This document shows positions 49,461-57,350 of a stretch of 64,000 nt of DNA, one piece after another. The first letter of the stretch is position 1. Each line of letters starts with the position of its first letter. The position numbers and the translations under genes are program-made. Where the stretch lies: positions 8,294 to 72,293 of the IMG/VR virus record IMGVR_UViG_3300024346_000044; one strand, given 5' to 3'. Source of the DNA: a virus. The notes under the pieces were generated by a model, which was given only the letters and a program-made list of their open reading frames with translations, was not told the origin of the DNA and searched no databases.

Positions 49461-50251
49461 AAGTATCACACGAAGCACCAATACCCTATATGAAACAAGT
49501 TAGGGGATTAATTGATTATGATTATTGTCTCCCCCATATGTTAGATGAAAATGAAGATTATGTAAAATATTTTCAAGAATCTAAAGAAATGGGGCGGTAT
49601 ATTATTATGGATAACTCCTTACATGAGTTAGGACATCCATATGATAAAGAACGTTTGGCACATTGGCTATATTATTTCAAACCAGATGAGTTTATAGTAC
49701 CTGATTATTGGCAAGATAAAACAGCAACGTTAGTATCAGCTAAAGAATGGATTAATAAAATATATCCTGAAAATACTACTCCTATGGCTGTAGTACAAGG
49801 TAAAAATAAAAATGAATCCAGAGAATGTTATGATATATTAAAACATCAAGGATATCAAAAAATAGCATTTAGTTATGGAGCTGATTGGTATTATGAAAAT
49901 GGAAAATCTACTTCTAAAACCACAGAAAATATAACAGTAACTAAAGCCCATGGCCGGTATAATTTTATAAAAGAATTATATGAGGATAATACAATATCAA
50001 AATCAGACAGAATACATTTATTAGGTTGCAATATACCCCAGGAATTTAAATGGTATAAAAATATGCCATTTATAAAAACAATAGATACATCAAACCCAGT
50101 TATACATGGTTTATCAGGAATAAAATATGAACCCTGGGGGTTAAATAACAAAATATCTACTAAGGTAGATAAATTTAAAGGAGAAGCTGAGCATTGGGAA
50201 ACAGCAATTTACAATATACAATTATTTAAAACATTTATACCAAAAACATGA
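49457..50251 (+). CDS. TGT-fold transglycosylase-like protein (DpdA family, possibly DpdA3-type)
   Basis: IIMDNSLHELG, IVPD, AVVQG, IHLLG, IDTS spaced like TGT/DpdA barrel motifs; coupled to queC. Confidence 0.65.
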   Translation: MKVSHEAPIPYMKQVRGLIDYDYCLPHMLDENEDYVKYFQESKEMGRYIIMDNSLHELGHPYDKERLAHWLYYFKPDEFIVPDYWQDKTATLVSAKEWINKIYPENTTPMAVVQGKNKNESRECYDILKHQGYQKIAFSYGADWYYENGKSTSKTTENITVTKAHGRYNFIKELYEDNTISKSDRIHLLGCNIPQEFKWYKNMPFIKTIDTSNPVIHGLSGIKYEPWGLNNKISTKVDKFKGEAEHWETAIYNIQLFKTFIPKT

Positions 50252-51114
50252 AACAAGCAGTATTAAGTTTAAGTGGTGGGATGGATAGTAGTACACTATT
50301 ACTTCACTTATTAGCAAACGATTATAAAGTAACAGCTCTAAGTTTTGATTATGGTCAAAAACATAGAGTTGAATTAGAAAGAGCACAACAATTAGTAGAT
50401 TATTTAAATGATAATGGTCAAGATATCACATATCAATCTATTAAATTAGATGGTTTAACATCATTATTAGATTCAGCTTTAGTAGAAGGTGGGGATGATG
50501 TGCCCGAAGGACATTATGAAGAAGATAATATGAAAGCAACAGTAGTGCCTAATAGAAATAAAATATTCTCATCACTAATACAATCTGTAGCGTTATCAAT
50601 CGCTAATAAAACAGAATCATCGGTAAAAATAGCAATGGGTATACATGCTGGGGATCATGCAATTTACCCTGATTGTAGACAAGAATTTAGAGATGCGGAT
50701 TATAAAGCATTTGCTGAAGGTAATTGGGATGCTCAAAGAGTAGGATTATACACACCTTATTTAGATGGAGATAAATTTGATATTTTAAAAGATGGAGAAG
50801 TATGTTGTAAAGAATTAGGAATTGATTTTGATGAAGTTTATAAAAGAACAAATACATCATACAAACCTGTTTTTATACCTCACCCTTGGTCTGATACTGG
50901 AGGAGGAAATTGGTATTCAGATTACAAATCGGCATCATCAGTAGAAAGAATAGAAGCATTTTTAAAATTAGGAAGACCTGACCCTGTGGTATATGCTGAT
51001 GAAACAGGAGTTGTAGGTTATGAAATTGCAAAATCTCATGTTCAAAAATTATTGGATGAGTATGCAAATAATCCTAATATGAATGATACCATTGATATGG
51101 TAAATAATATGTAA
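50248..51114 (+). CDS. queC: 7-cyano-7-deazaguanine synthase
   Basis: SLSGGMDSS, FDYGQKH..E, VPNRN, GIHAGDHAIYPDCR. Confidence 0.95.
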   Translation: MKQAVLSLSGGMDSSTLLLHLLANDYKVTALSFDYGQKHRVELERAQQLVDYLNDNGQDITYQSIKLDGLTSLLDSALVEGGDDVPEGHYEEDNMKATVVPNRNKIFSSLIQSVALSIANKTESSVKIAMGIHAGDHAIYPDCRQEFRDADYKAFAEGNWDAQRVGLYTPYLDGDKFDILKDGEVCCKELGIDFDEVYKRTNTSYKPVFIPHPWSDTGGGNWYSDYKSASSVERIEAFLKLGRPDPVVYADETGVVGYEIAKSHVQKLLDEYANNPNMNDTIDMVNNM

Positions 51115-51115
51115 T

Positions 51116-51271
51116 ATGAAACAACCAGACGCAAAAAAACATCAATTAGTAAGTTTTATTAAATCAAGTATAAGAATATTAGGTTATTGTTTTATACCAT
51201 TTAGTTTAGTAACTGCTATGCTTATTTTAGTAGCTAGTGAAGCAATAGGTATAGTAGAAGAATTAGTTTAA
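51116..51271 (+). CDS. 51-aa membrane peptide (not in the ORF track)
   Basis: MKQPDAKKHQLVSFIKSSIRILGYCFIPFSLVTAMLILVASEAIGIVEELV fills the queC-thioredoxin gap. Confidence 0.7.
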   Translation: MKQPDAKKHQLVSFIKSSIRILGYCFIPFSLVTAMLILVASEAIGIVEELV

Positions 51272-51287
51272 AATAAAATAAGTAAAA

Positions 51288-51557
51288 ATGAAAGTACAAG
51301 TTAAAAAAGGAATATTATATTTTACAGCTCCATGGTGTGGACCTTGTAAACAATTAGGACCTAAAATGGAACAATTAGAAAATAGTGGGGTTCCTATTAA
51401 AAAAATAAATACAGATTATGAAGCTACTTTAGTTACACAATATGCTATAAAATCTGTTCCAACTTTAGTCATAACTGATTTAGATGGAAATGAAATAAAA
51501 AGAATACAAGGTGGTGGAAAATCACTTCAACAATTAAAAGACTGGTATAATGGGTAA
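51288..51557 (+). CDS. Thioredoxin
   Basis: FTAPWCGPCK, IKSVPT. Confidence 0.92.
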   Translation: MKVQVKKGILYFTAPWCGPCKQLGPKMEQLENSGVPIKKINTDYEATLVTQYAIKSVPTLVITDLDGNEIKRIQGGGKSLQQLKDWYNG

Positions 51558-52014
51558 ATTTCAATCAAGTAAAGTTTTTGACGGATTTAGTACAGTATTC
51601 CGTCAATGGAAGGCAGAAGATACACACTGTAAATTTTTACATGGGTATGGTATTTCATTTAAAGTATATTTTGAAGGTGAATTAGATGAAAAAAATTGGG
51701 TATGGGATTTTGGTGGTATGAAAAGAGCTAAAACACTTATAGAAGGTAAACAACCTAAAGAATGGATGGATTATATGTTTGACCATACTGTTATAATAGC
51801 AGAAGATGATCCTGGAATGGGTGGTTGGAAAACAATGGATGGGATAGGAGTAATTCAATTAAGAGTAATACCAGCTACAGGAGCAGAAAAATTTTCAGAG
51901 TTTATATTTAATAAGTTAAATGACTTTGTCCATACAGAAACTGAAGGTAGAGTAAGAGTTACTAAAGTTAAGTTTATGGAACACGGTAAAAACGCAGCTT
52001 ATTATTGTGAATAA
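51550..52014 (+). CDS. queD: 6-carboxytetrahydropterin synthase
   Basis: HCKFLHGY, WVWDFG, FDHT, GAEKF, EHGKN. Confidence 0.88.
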   Translation: MGKFQSSKVFDGFSTVFRQWKAEDTHCKFLHGYGISFKVYFEGELDEKNWVWDFGGMKRAKTLIEGKQPKEWMDYMFDHTVIIAEDDPGMGGWKTMDGIGVIQLRVIPATGAEKFSEFIFNKLNDFVHTETEGRVRVTKVKFMEHGKNAAYYCE

Positions 52015-52020
52015 TTTTAT

Positions 52021-52091
52021 TATCGGGTCGTCTAGAGGCAGGACAATGGTTTTTGGTACCATGAACGGAGGTTCGAATCCTTCCCCGATAA
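52021..52091 (+). tRNA. tRNA-Gln(TTG)
   Basis: Acceptor TATCGGG/CCCGATA, anticodon arm ATGGT-TTTTGGT-ACCAT, T arm GGTTCGAATCC; no encoded CCA. Confidence 0.9.
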
Positions 52092-52104
52092 CGATAAAAC
52101 CAAA

Positions 52105-52178
<74 letters not shown>

Positions 52179-52183
52179 TTAAT

Positions 52184-52255
52184 GCTCCGTTCGTCTAGGG
52201 GTTAGGACATATGGTTTTCATCCATAAAACAGGGGTTCGATTCCCCTACGGAGTA
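52184..52255 (+). tRNA. tRNA-Glu(TTC)
   Basis: GCTCCGT/ACGGAGT acceptor, TATGG-TTTTCAT-CCATA, GGTTCGATTCC. Confidence 0.92.
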
Positions 52256-52279
52256 CAGTAAATAATAAATGAAAAATAA

Positions 52280-53050
52280 ATGAAAAGAATAGAAGATTAT
52301 AACAAAGTGTTACCAGTATTAGAATTATACAGATGTGTTCAAAGTGAAGGTAGCAGATTTGGTAGACCAACTATTGCGGTTAGAACTACAGGATGTACTC
52401 ATAGATGTTATTTTGGAGATGGGGGTTGGTGTGATTCTTGGTATACAAGTATACACCCAGAAAAAGGTACATTTACCTTTAATGATATTATTAAAATATA
52501 TGATGACAACCCCCATGTAAAAGAAATGATGCTTACTGGTGGTTCGCCTACAATGCATCCTGCTTTAGTAAATGAAATAACACATTTTGCAAATGAAAGA
52601 AACATTTTGGTTACAATTGAGACAGAAGGTTCTCATTTTCTTGAAACAGACCATCCTTTGGATCTTATTAGCCTTAGTCCTAAATTTAGTAATAGTGTGC
52701 CTGTACTTGGCGCTGTTACACCTAATGGGGCTGTCGCCGATGAACGAATGATTAAAGTGCATAATAGACTTAGATTAAATAAAGAAGCTATTAGTAAAAC
52801 AATTGCATACCATAAAGATTATCACTTCAAACCCGTATGGGATGGTACAGATGAAAATCTAAAAGAAATTGAGGCATTTAGGGTAGATATGGAAATACCC
52901 AAAGATAAAACTTATATAATGCCTGCTGGGGATACAAGAGAAACATTAGTAAAAATGTATCCTTTAGTATTTGAATTGTGTGCTGAAAAGGGATATAATA
53001 TGACAGGCAGAGACCACATCATTGCATTTGATACAGAAAGAGGTGTCTAA
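52280..53050 (+). CDS. queE: 7-carboxy-7-deazaguanine synthase (radical SAM)
   Basis: QSEG..G.P...R..GC, CTHRC-x7-CDS, LTGGSP, TIETEG, SLSPK. Confidence 0.9.
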   Translation: MKRIEDYNKVLPVLELYRCVQSEGSRFGRPTIAVRTTGCTHRCYFGDGGWCDSWYTSIHPEKGTFTFNDIIKIYDDNPHVKEMMLTGGSPTMHPALVNEITHFANERNILVTIETEGSHFLETDHPLDLISLSPKFSNSVPVLGAVTPNGAVADERMIKVHNRLRLNKEAISKTIAYHKDYHFKPVWDGTDENLKEIEAFRVDMEIPKDKTYIMPAGDTRETLVKMYPLVFELCAEKGYNMTGRDHIIAFDTERGV

Positions 53051-53177
53051 AGAAGAAGCATTAGAAATATTAGAAGAAGTAAAAGAAAATGTTAATACAT
53101 GCTGTGCTATAACTATGGAACCAGATGAAGTATTAGATTTAATAGAAAAATTAGAAGAATACATACAAAATGCGTAA
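53043..53177 (+). CDS. 44-aa acidic peptide (not in the ORF track)
   Basis: GTG start overlapping the queE end; MSKEEALEILEEVKENVNTCCAITMEPDEVLDLIEKLEEYIQNA; stop overlaps the next gene. Confidence 0.55.
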   Translation: MSKEEALEILEEVKENVNTCCAITMEPDEVLDLIEKLEEYIQNA

Positions 53178-53745
53178 AATAAAAATAACATTAGTTTTAA
53201 TCCTTAGTAGTATTATAACTTATAGTCAAATTATAAAAACAGATATTTTTACAGTTAATTATTCTGAAAAATATGAACAACCCCTATGGTTAGAATATAC
53301 AATACAATGTCCAAATGGACATGCTGAAAGAACAGGTATGAATTTTTGGACCCCTAAAGGAATAAAAACATCAGATGATGCAGATTATAAAGATAACATC
53401 TATGATAAAGGTCATTTAGCACCTGCGGCAGCATTTAACTGTGATAAAGAAACATTACTTAAAACGTTTTCATATTTAAATTCAGCTTTACAACATGAAG
53501 GATTAAATAGAGGACAATGGGCAAGATTAGAATCATTTGAAAGAAGTTTAGCTAACTTTTTTGAACAAGAAGTTAAGGTAAGGGTAGATGTTTTATTTGA
53601 AGGTAACTTAAAGAAAGTAAAAGGTGGAGCTACTATACCTAGTGGTTTTAAAAAAACAATAATAATGGGAGATATAACCAAAGTATTTGAATTTCCTAAT
53701 AAAAATACAACAGGTACAAACTGGATAGAATATTTAATAAAATGA
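53170..53745 (+). CDS. DNA/RNA non-specific endonuclease (NucA/EndoG-type) with signal peptide
   Basis: MRKIKITLVLILSSIITYS signal-like N-terminus; YDKGHLAPA, FSYLN..LQ...LNRG.W..LE, IPSGFKK. Confidence 0.88.
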   Translation: MRKIKITLVLILSSIITYSQIIKTDIFTVNYSEKYEQPLWLEYTIQCPNGHAERTGMNFWTPKGIKTSDDADYKDNIYDKGHLAPAAAFNCDKETLLKTFSYLNSALQHEGLNRGQWARLESFERSLANFFEQEVKVRVDVLFEGNLKKVKGGATIPSGFKKTIIMGDITKVFEFPNKNTTGTNWIEYLIK

Positions 53746-54167
53746 AAAAAATAATAATAGATTGGGACCAAATAGATAAGCTAATATCCAGACTATCATA
53801 TCGGATTGAAGTTAGTGATGATAAATTTGAAAATATATATGGTTTACAAAGAGGTGGTTTAATACCAGCTGTAATGTTATCTCATAAATTAGGAATGCCT
53901 ATGACTAAAGGAGATATTGGCCCCAATACTTTAATAGTTGATGATATTTGTGATAGCGGAGAAACCTTAGACAAATTAGTAAATAAATATCAAACATTAT
54001 ATTCTTATCCTTTTAACCTTAAAACAGCAGTTTTACATTATAAACCCCATACTTCATGTTTTAAACCTACTTTATATGCTAAAAAATGGGATAATTCAAA
54101 CTGGATAGAATACCCCTGGGAGAGAGAAGATTCAAAAGCTATACAAGATTACAAGGTAAATATTTAA
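53742..54167 (+). CDS. Purine phosphoribosyltransferase (type I PRTase)
   Basis: GLQRGGLIPA, PRPP loop LIVDDICDSGET, WIEYPWE. Confidence 0.9.
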   Translation: MKKIIIDWDQIDKLISRLSYRIEVSDDKFENIYGLQRGGLIPAVMLSHKLGMPMTKGDIGPNTLIVDDICDSGETLDKLVNKYQTLYSYPFNLKTAVLHYKPHTSCFKPTLYAKKWDNSNWIEYPWEREDSKAIQDYKVNI

Positions 54168-54245
54168 ATTTATGATCTAAAATTTTCATTTATATATTTA
54201 TCATCGAATAAGAGTTATGTTACACGTTTAACATAAAAAGAGAAG

Positions 54246-54638
54246 ATGAAAATAGGAGAAAACACAGAAATCAAAGTAGATTTAAAAACAATAATAGCAA
54301 TAGTAATGATTACATCTACATTTGTAGGAATGTATTATACATTACAAGCTGATATAGAAATTGCTAAATCAGAACCTAAAGCCGCAATTGAAAGGTTAGA
54401 GTATGACCTTAGAGAAGAGTGGAATGAGAAGATGATTATAAATTTAGAAGAAAGAGTAGAAATTTTAGAAGAATCTCAGGATTTATTAAGAGAAGAAGTT
54501 AAAATAACATCTACAATGCTTAAAGATGGTACTGAAAAAGATGATAAATTTGCAGAATTAAATAGGCAAATGGAATTATTAAAAAAACGAAAGCCAACTG
54601 TAATTATTAAAGAAGTTCCGAAAAAACGTAAATGGTAA
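54246..54638 (+). CDS. Single-TM coiled-coil protein
   Basis: DLKTIIAIVMITSTFVGMYYTLQADIE; behind late motif 54194. Confidence 0.65.
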   Translation: MKIGENTEIKVDLKTIIAIVMITSTFVGMYYTLQADIEIAKSEPKAAIERLEYDLREEWNEKMIINLEERVEILEESQDLLREEVKITSTMLKDGTEKDDKFAELNRQMELLKKRKPTVIIKEVPKKRKW

Positions 54639-54874
54639 TGGAAGAAGTATTAGATCTTATTAGAGAGTTTGGACTATCTTTAGTCATAGCAGTAGGAGCT
54701 TTATATGCTTTATATAAATTTTTCTTTTTTAGTATTAGGGAAGTTAAAAATGAATTTGGAAGAAGACATGAAGTAATGGCTAAAAACATGGAGGATGTTA
54801 AAGTTAGTTTAGCTGAAGTTAAATCTGATTTAAAAATTTTAGTTGAATTATTAAAAGATTCTAAGGGTAAATGA
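54632..54874 (+). CDS. Single-TM coiled-coil protein (holin-like)
   Basis: FGLSLVIAVGALYALYKFFF followed by a coiled coil. Confidence 0.6.
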   Translation: MVMEEVLDLIREFGLSLVIAVGALYALYKFFFFSIREVKNEFGRRHEVMAKNMEDVKVSLAEVKSDLKILVELLKDSKGK

Positions 54875-55071
54875 GATTAAGTTTAAAACAAGAAAAATAT
54901 CTTTGTATGCTAAATCGTTTAGATGCATTTAAACTAATCAAACTCGAACAATCTAAACAAGTCCAAATGGGGTTATCAAATATAAATTATGATTTCCTTA
55001 AATTAATAGAATGTGAAGATCAGTTAGAAATGATTGACACAGTACTTCAGGTGAGAGCGTTAAGTAATTAA
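54871..55071 (+). CDS. Hypothetical protein
   Basis: Overlaps the end of the previous gene; 66 aa, helical. Confidence 0.5.
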   Translation: MRLSLKQEKYLCMLNRLDAFKLIKLEQSKQVQMGLSNINYDFLKLIECEDQLEMIDTVLQVRALSN

Positions 55072-55123
55072 AAAATAACGTGTATTATTCACTTATTTTT
55101 CGTATATTTCCACCAAAACGGTT

Positions 55124-55294
55124 ATGAAAACTAAATACAAAATTTCAATTACAAATTATAATAATTATGGAATACCCATCAGTGGTATCTCAAGGATTAT
55201 TTCTGATTTAACCTTTGGTAAAATTAGAAGATTTCAAAACAAATACCCAGGTAGGGTAGATTTAATTAGAAAGTTAGATATAAAAGAAATATAG
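55124..55294 (+). CDS. 56-aa basic protein (not in the ORF track)
   Basis: ATG 55124 right after promoter CGTG-N20-TATATTTC (55079/55103); MKTKYKISITNYNNYG...IKEI. Confidence 0.5.
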   Translation: MKTKYKISITNYNNYGIPISGISRIISDLTFGKIRRFQNKYPGRVDLIRKLDIKEI

Positions 55295-55296
55295 TT

Positions 55297-55491
55297 ATGG
55301 CAAAATTAACAAGAACAGTAAATTACGCAAACTTCAGATGGGAAGAATATGTGTTAACAGAAGAAGAATTAGCAAAATGGAAAACAGGTGATGAAGATCT
55401 CCAACAAGAAGTCATAGATGATGCAGATTGGGACCTAGTAAGAGATAAACCAATTGATGATTATGGAGACGTAGAATTCGTAGAAGATTAA
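55297..55491 (+). CDS. Small acidic hypothetical protein
   Basis: 64-aa ORF coupled to the next gene. Confidence 0.6.
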   Translation: MAKLTRTVNYANFRWEEYVLTEEELAKWKTGDEDLQQEVIDDADWDLVRDKPIDDYGDVEFVED

Positions 55492-55748
55492 TGGTTATAT
55501 CATTAGCTTACGGTTTAGCAGGATCAACGTTTTTGGTTGTGTTAACAAACCTATTAATGAAACTATTCAAAAAGTTTAATAATATAGGTTATTCAATAGT
55601 ATATGCTAGTTTATTTTTAAAACTAATATTTTTAAGTGGTTTTGTACTAGCAACAAGAGGTGAAATACCAAATCAAATAATATTTGCTGTTGCAATACTT
55701 GGAGGTATAATGTATTCAACAGTAAACGTAATATTAAAATTAAAATGA
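55491..55748 (+). CDS. Small three-TM membrane protein
   Basis: Three hydrophobic helices. Confidence 0.6.
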   Translation: MVISLAYGLAGSTFLVVLTNLLMKLFKKFNNIGYSIVYASLFLKLIFLSGFVLATRGEIPNQIIFAVAILGGIMYSTVNVILKLK

Positions 55749-55927
55749 GTAAATTTATTAAGTTTACCTTAATATGGATAAGTCAAAATCTAGCTATACC
55801 TTTTTGGATAGTAGGACATATCCACTTATCAACAAATGTATATAATGATTTGCATGAAATAGGAGCATCAATAGGAATGAATCTTATAGTATTAATAGGA
55901 TTTATTTTAGATTATAGACAAAGTTAA
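55745..55927 (+). CDS. Small two-TM membrane protein
   Basis: WISQNLAIPFW.VGHIHL, MNLIVLIGF. Confidence 0.6.
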   Translation: MSKFIKFTLIWISQNLAIPFWIVGHIHLSTNVYNDLHEIGASIGMNLIVLIGFILDYRQS

Positions 55928-55959
55928 TTTGGAAATATTAAAAAATTATCGTATATTTA
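55928..55959 (+). promoter_or_regulatory. Bacteroidota sigma70-type promoter for folE-mazG-polB-clamp
   Basis: TTTG 55928, CGTATATTTAA with TA at 55952. Confidence 0.7.
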
Positions 55960-56000
55960 ATACGAAAGTGAATAAAACACCACTTAAAAAAATTAAAAAT

Positions 56001-56696
56001 ATGGAAAACAAACGAAGAAAAATTCACGAAGAGTTAGAAGTAGTGCAAGAAGGCTTTGCAAATGGAGTTGCACCTGGATTCCCTTTAAAACAAGAAGATA
56101 AAGATGAAATGATACAAAAAGCTACTAAAGCTTATGGTGAATTTTTAGATGCTTTGAAATGTGATTGGAGAAATGATCCAAATTCAATGGAAACCCCAAA
56201 ACGTGTAGCTAAAGCATATGTAAACGATTTATGGGCAGGTAGATATAATCAAATGTCTCCAATAACTTCATTTCCATCTGATGGTTATGATGGTATTATT
56301 ATAGAAAGAAATATTCCTTTAACATCTATGTGTTCACATCACCACCAAACAATAGGAGGTGTAGTTCATATTGGTTATATTGCAGGAGATAAAGGACAAG
56401 TAATTGGATTATCAAAACTAAACAGAATAGTTGAATTATTTGGTAGAAGAGGAGCAATACAAGAACAATTAACATCAGCAATACACAATGCTGTAGATAA
56501 GATTACAGAAGGTAATAGAGGTGTTATTGTTACTATAGTAGGAACACATAATTGTGTTAGCTGTAGAGGAGTTAAACATCAAGGAGCAGCAATGGTTACA
56601 ACTAAAGCTTCAGGTGTGTTTAGAGAAAATGACAATTTAGCTAGAAAAGAATTTTTTGACAGCCTAAAGATTAACAACGGAGGGCATAATATATAA
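56001..56696 (+). CDS. folE: GTP cyclohydrolase I
   Basis: ETPKRVAK, SMCSHH, GLSKLNR, IQEQLT, HNCVSCRGV. Start moved to ATG 56001 because the TTG at 55929 lies inside the promoter. Confidence 0.95.
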   Translation: MENKRRKIHEELEVVQEGFANGVAPGFPLKQEDKDEMIQKATKAYGEFLDALKCDWRNDPNSMETPKRVAKAYVNDLWAGRYNQMSPITSFPSDGYDGIIIERNIPLTSMCSHHHQTIGGVVHIGYIAGDKGQVIGLSKLNRIVELFGRRGAIQEQLTSAIHNAVDKITEGNRGVIVTIVGTHNCVSCRGVKHQGAAMVTTKASGVFRENDNLARKEFFDSLKINNGGHNI

Positions 56697-56699
56697 GTT

Positions 56700-57350
56700 A
56701 TGAATAGAAATAGATCACTAGATGAGTACCGACAAACTAAAGATACAGTATATCAGGTACCTAAATATGATCCCCAAACTGGGGAAATAAATCCTTACTA
56801 TAAGGAACTAACAGGAATGGATGTCAATCAAACACAATTAGATTTCTATCCTGAAATGCAAACGGATGTTGATTTTGTAAACGAAGTAGAAGAATTCAAT
56901 AGAACGTTTGGTAAACCTAATAATTATGAACCAACAATACCGGAAAAAAAAGAATGGCAATTCGTATACGACTTTATACTTGAAGAATTGGAAGAATATA
57001 GACAAGCTTGCGAAAACGGAGACATCGTGGAAGTTTTGGATGCTTTGTGTGATATTGCTTATGTTTCCCTTGGGAACGGCACCATGTTACATGGCCTTAA
57101 GGATAAGATATGGCCAGCCTATCAAGAAGTACAAGAATCAAATATGTCTAAGTCTTGCCTCACTGAGAAAGAAGCAATGGAAACTGTCACCCTCCGTGCT
57201 AAAGAACAAGCTGAGCCATGTCATTTTGAACAGGTAGGAACTAGATTTGTTGTTTATAGAACAAGAGATCGTAAAGTAATGAAATCAATAAATTACTTTA
57301 GGCCTAATTTAACTAAATTCTTTACACAAAAGGAATTAGATAATGTTTAA
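56700..57350 (+). CDS. MazG-like / PRA-PH family NTP pyrophosphohydrolase
   Basis: V.EF...F, ILEELEEY, EVLDALCDIAYV, EVQESNMSK, KVMKS..Y..P.L. Confidence 0.85.
   Translation: MNRNRSLDEYRQTKDTVYQVPKYDPQTGEINPYYKELTGMDVNQTQLDFYPEMQTDVDFVNEVEEFNRTFGKPNNYEPTIPEKKEWQFVYDFILEELEEYRQACENGDIVEVLDALCDIAYVSLGNGTMLHGLKDKIWPAYQEVQESNMSKSCLTEKEAMETVTLRAKEQAEPCHFEQVGTRFVVYRTRDRKVMKSINYFRPNLTKFFTQKELDNV

Noticed and set aside
49457-50251. Canonical tRNA-guanine transglycosylase for queuosine
   Set aside because: It is too short, lacks the C-terminal CxCxxC zinc site, and no GUN tRNAs are nearby. A DpdA-like role fits better but is unproven.
55929-56000. TTG-start N-terminal extension of FolE (similarly the called starts at 61119, 11718, 1194 and 25491)
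   Set aside because: These starts fall within promoters, leaders or upstream genes. Downstream ATGs with A-rich leaders, or a frameshift in the case of 25491, fit better.
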